From Stellaceae bacterium (lineage in GTDB: Bacteria; Pseudomonadota; Alphaproteobacteria; ATCC43930; CGMCC-115725), in NCBI GenBank assembly GCA_036489765.1, contig DASXFE010000128.1, positions 21,900 to 85,899 on the forward strand: 64,000 bases of DNA, read 5' to 3'. Position numbers and translations under genes: made by a program. Numbering within the stretch: position 1 is the first letter of the stretch; every line of letters begins with the position of its first letter. The notes below the pieces were generated by a model. The model was not told where the DNA came from. It worked only from the letters and a program-made list of their open reading frames with translations, and ran no database searches. Positions 62,261 to 64,000 of the stretch are shown piece after piece.

Positions 62261-63945
62261 GCGATGCAGCGGAAATGACCGACGGCTTTCACCTTGTCGT
62301 GGAGGCGCTGAAGCTGAACGGGGTCGATACGATCTTTGGGGTTGCGGGGATCCCGATCACCGATCTGTTGCGGCTCGCGCAGAACGAGGGCATCCGCTAC
62401 ATCGGCTTCCGCCATGAGCAGCAGGCCGCGAACGCGGCGGCGATCGCCGGATATCTGACCGCAAAGCCGGGCATCTGCATGACCGTGTCGGCGCCGGGCT
62501 TTCTGAACGGTGTCGTCGGCCTTGCCAACGCGACGACCAACTGCTTCCCGATGATTCTGATTTCGGGGTCGAGCGACCGCAGCATCGTCGACCTCGAGCA
62601 GGGCGATTACGAAGAGATGGATCAGCTCACCGTCGCCCGGCCGCATTGCAAGGCCGCGTATCGCGTCAACCGCCCGCAGGATATCGGCATCGGCCTCGCC
62701 CGTGCGATTCGCGCCGCGGTGTCGGGGCGGCCCGGCGGGGTCTATCTCGACCTGACCGCCGAGGTGCTCGGCTCCGCGCTCGACGCGGAGGCCGGGCGGA
62801 AATCGCTGGTCAAGGTCGTCGACCCCTGCCCCGCCTCGCCGCCCGCGCCGGAATCGGTGGCCCGCGCGCTCGATCTTCTCGCCTCGGCGAAGAACCCGCT
62901 GGTGATCCTCGGCAAGGGCGCCGCCTATGCCCGCGCCGATTCCGAGATCAAAAGTTTCATCGAGTCGACCGGCATCCCGTTCCTGCCGATGTCGATGGCG
63001 AAGGGGCTGCTGCCCGACGACCACCCGCAATCGGCCGCCGCCGCCCGATCCTTCGCGATCGGCCAGGCTGACGTCGTGGTTCTAGCCGGCGCCCGGCTCA
63101 ACTGGCTCCTCAGCCACGGCCGCGCGCCGCTGTGGTCGCCGAACACCAAATTCGTGCAGATCGACATCGCCGCGACCGAGATGGACAGCAACCGCGCGAT
63201 CGCCGCCCCCGTCGTCGGCGACATCAAATCGGTGTTCGCGGCGTTCAACGCCGGGCTCAAGGGCCAGGTCAAGCCGTCCTCGGCCTGGATCGAGGAGATG
63301 GGCAAGCGCAAGCAGCAGAATGTCGAGCGCATGGCCGCCCGCCTCAATGCCGACCCGAGCCCGATGAACTTTTCGTCGGCGCTGCGCGCGGTGCGCAACG
63401 CGATCGCCACCCAGCCCGACGTCTACATCGTCAACGAGGGCGCCAACACGCTCGATTTCGGCCGCAACATCATCGACATGGACAAGCCGCGCCACCGCCT
63501 CGACAGCGGCACCTGGGGCGTCATGGGGATCGGCATGGGCTACGCCGTCGCCGCGGCGGCCGTCACCGGCAAACCCGTCGTCGCGATCGAGGGTGACAGC
63601 GCTTTCGGCTTCAGCGGCATGGAGATCGAGACGATCTGCCGCTACGACCTGCCGGTGACGACGATCGTCTTCAACAATAACGGCGTCTACCGCGGCGACC
63701 CCGAGGGCACGCCCTACACGCCCACCGGGCTCCTCCGCGACGCGCGCTACGAACGGATCATCGAGGCGTTCGGCGGCAAGGGCTACCACTGCACCGACAC
63801 GCCGGGCCTGACCAAGGCCGTGACCGAGGCCCTCGCCTCGGGCAAGCCCGCGCTCATCAACGCCGTCATCGACCCGACCGCCGGCACCGAAAGCGGCCAC
63901 ATCCAAAGCCTCAACCCCAAGAGCGCCGCCGCCGCGAAGCACTAG
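62257..63945 (+). CDS. oxc: Oxalyl-CoA decarboxylase (ThDP-dependent)
   Basis: 562 aa. [16 protein letters not shown]...[10 protein letters not shown] and the ThDP motif [31 protein letters not shown]. Confidence 0.93.
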   Translation: MSDAAEMTDGFHLVVEALKLNGVDTIFGVAGIPITDLLRLAQNEGIRYIGFRHEQQAANAAAIAGYLTAKPGICMTVSAPGFLNGVVGLANATTNCFPMILISGSSDRSIVDLEQGDYEEMDQLTVARPHCKAAYRVNRPQDIGIGLARAIRAAVSGRPGGVYLDLTAEVLGSALDAEAGRKSLVKVVDPCPASPPAPESVARALDLLASAKNPLVILGKGAAYARADSEIKSFIESTGIPFLPMSMAKGLLPDDHPQSAAAARSFAIGQADVVVLAGARLNWLLSHGRAPLWSPNTKFVQIDIAATEMDSNRAIAAPVVGDIKSVFAAFNAGLKGQVKPSSAWIEEMGKRKQQNVERMAARLNADPSPMNFSSALRAVRNAIATQPDVYIVNEGANTLDFGRNIIDMDKPRHRLDSGTWGVMGIGMGYAVAAAAVTGKPVVAIEGDSAFGFSGMEIETICRYDLPVTTIVFNNNGVYRGDPEGTPYTPTGLLRDARYERIIEAFGGKGYHCTDTPGLTKAVTEALASGKPALINAVIDPTAGTESGHIQSLNPKSAAAAKH

Positions 63946-63968
63946 GAATGGCTCGCTCATAAGCCCTC

Positions 63969-64000
63969 CCTCCCCTTGAGGGGCCCGCAAGTGGGGGAGG
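63969..64000. repeat. REP-like GC hairpin after oxc, cut by the window edge
   Basis: CCTCCCC (63969-63975) pairs with GGGGAGG (63994-64000). It has the same sequence flavour as the other elements. Confidence 0.35.

Overview
This is a GC-rich chromosomal segment (by eye roughly two-thirds G+C, not computed) with alphaproteobacterial gene content. I call about 58 protein-coding genes. I saw no rRNA, tRNA, CRISPR array, transposase or integrase. Blocks from left to right: (1) an RND pump and adaptor, a flavin monooxygenase, an esterase, a GMC oxidoreductase, a DD-carboxypeptidase-SPOR protein, a phasin and two alpha/beta hydrolases; (2) a complete suf Fe-S operon on the minus strand (Rrf2 regulator-sufB-orf77-sufC-sufD-sufS-sufU-sufT); (3) a lone receiver protein plus an OmpR/histidine-kinase pair; (4) an ~18.7 kb hopanoid supercluster (hpnN; hpnK-J-I; mlaA-like; hpnM; ispH-hpnH; hpnA-C-D-E-shc-P450-hpnG); (5) a GMC oxidoreductase, MFS transporter, DOPA-dioxygenase-like gene, PadR regulator, an internally duplicated unknown protein and a class A beta-lactamase-like gene; (6) an oxalate/formate module (GntR regulator, frc, NuoE/F-fusion plus molybdopterin formate dehydrogenase, and oxc further right). 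The observations most worth follow-up are: a cytochrome P450 embedded in the shc operon; an MlaA/MlaC(HpnM)/RND(HpnN) trio suggesting a hopanoid trafficking route; a ~124-bp nested-palindrome MITE-like element sitting exactly at two intra-operon gene junctions, one copy open in frame in front of a histidine kinase; small uncharacterised ORFs translationally coupled inside the sufB-sufC and fdh beta-alpha junctions; a signal-peptide/proline-rich protein with ECF-sigma-like segments; and a low-GC scar upstream of oxc with a 21-bp perfect hairpin. All family assignments come from motif recognition by eye, with no database search. Start codons are often ambiguous because the high GC content produces long spurious ORFs.
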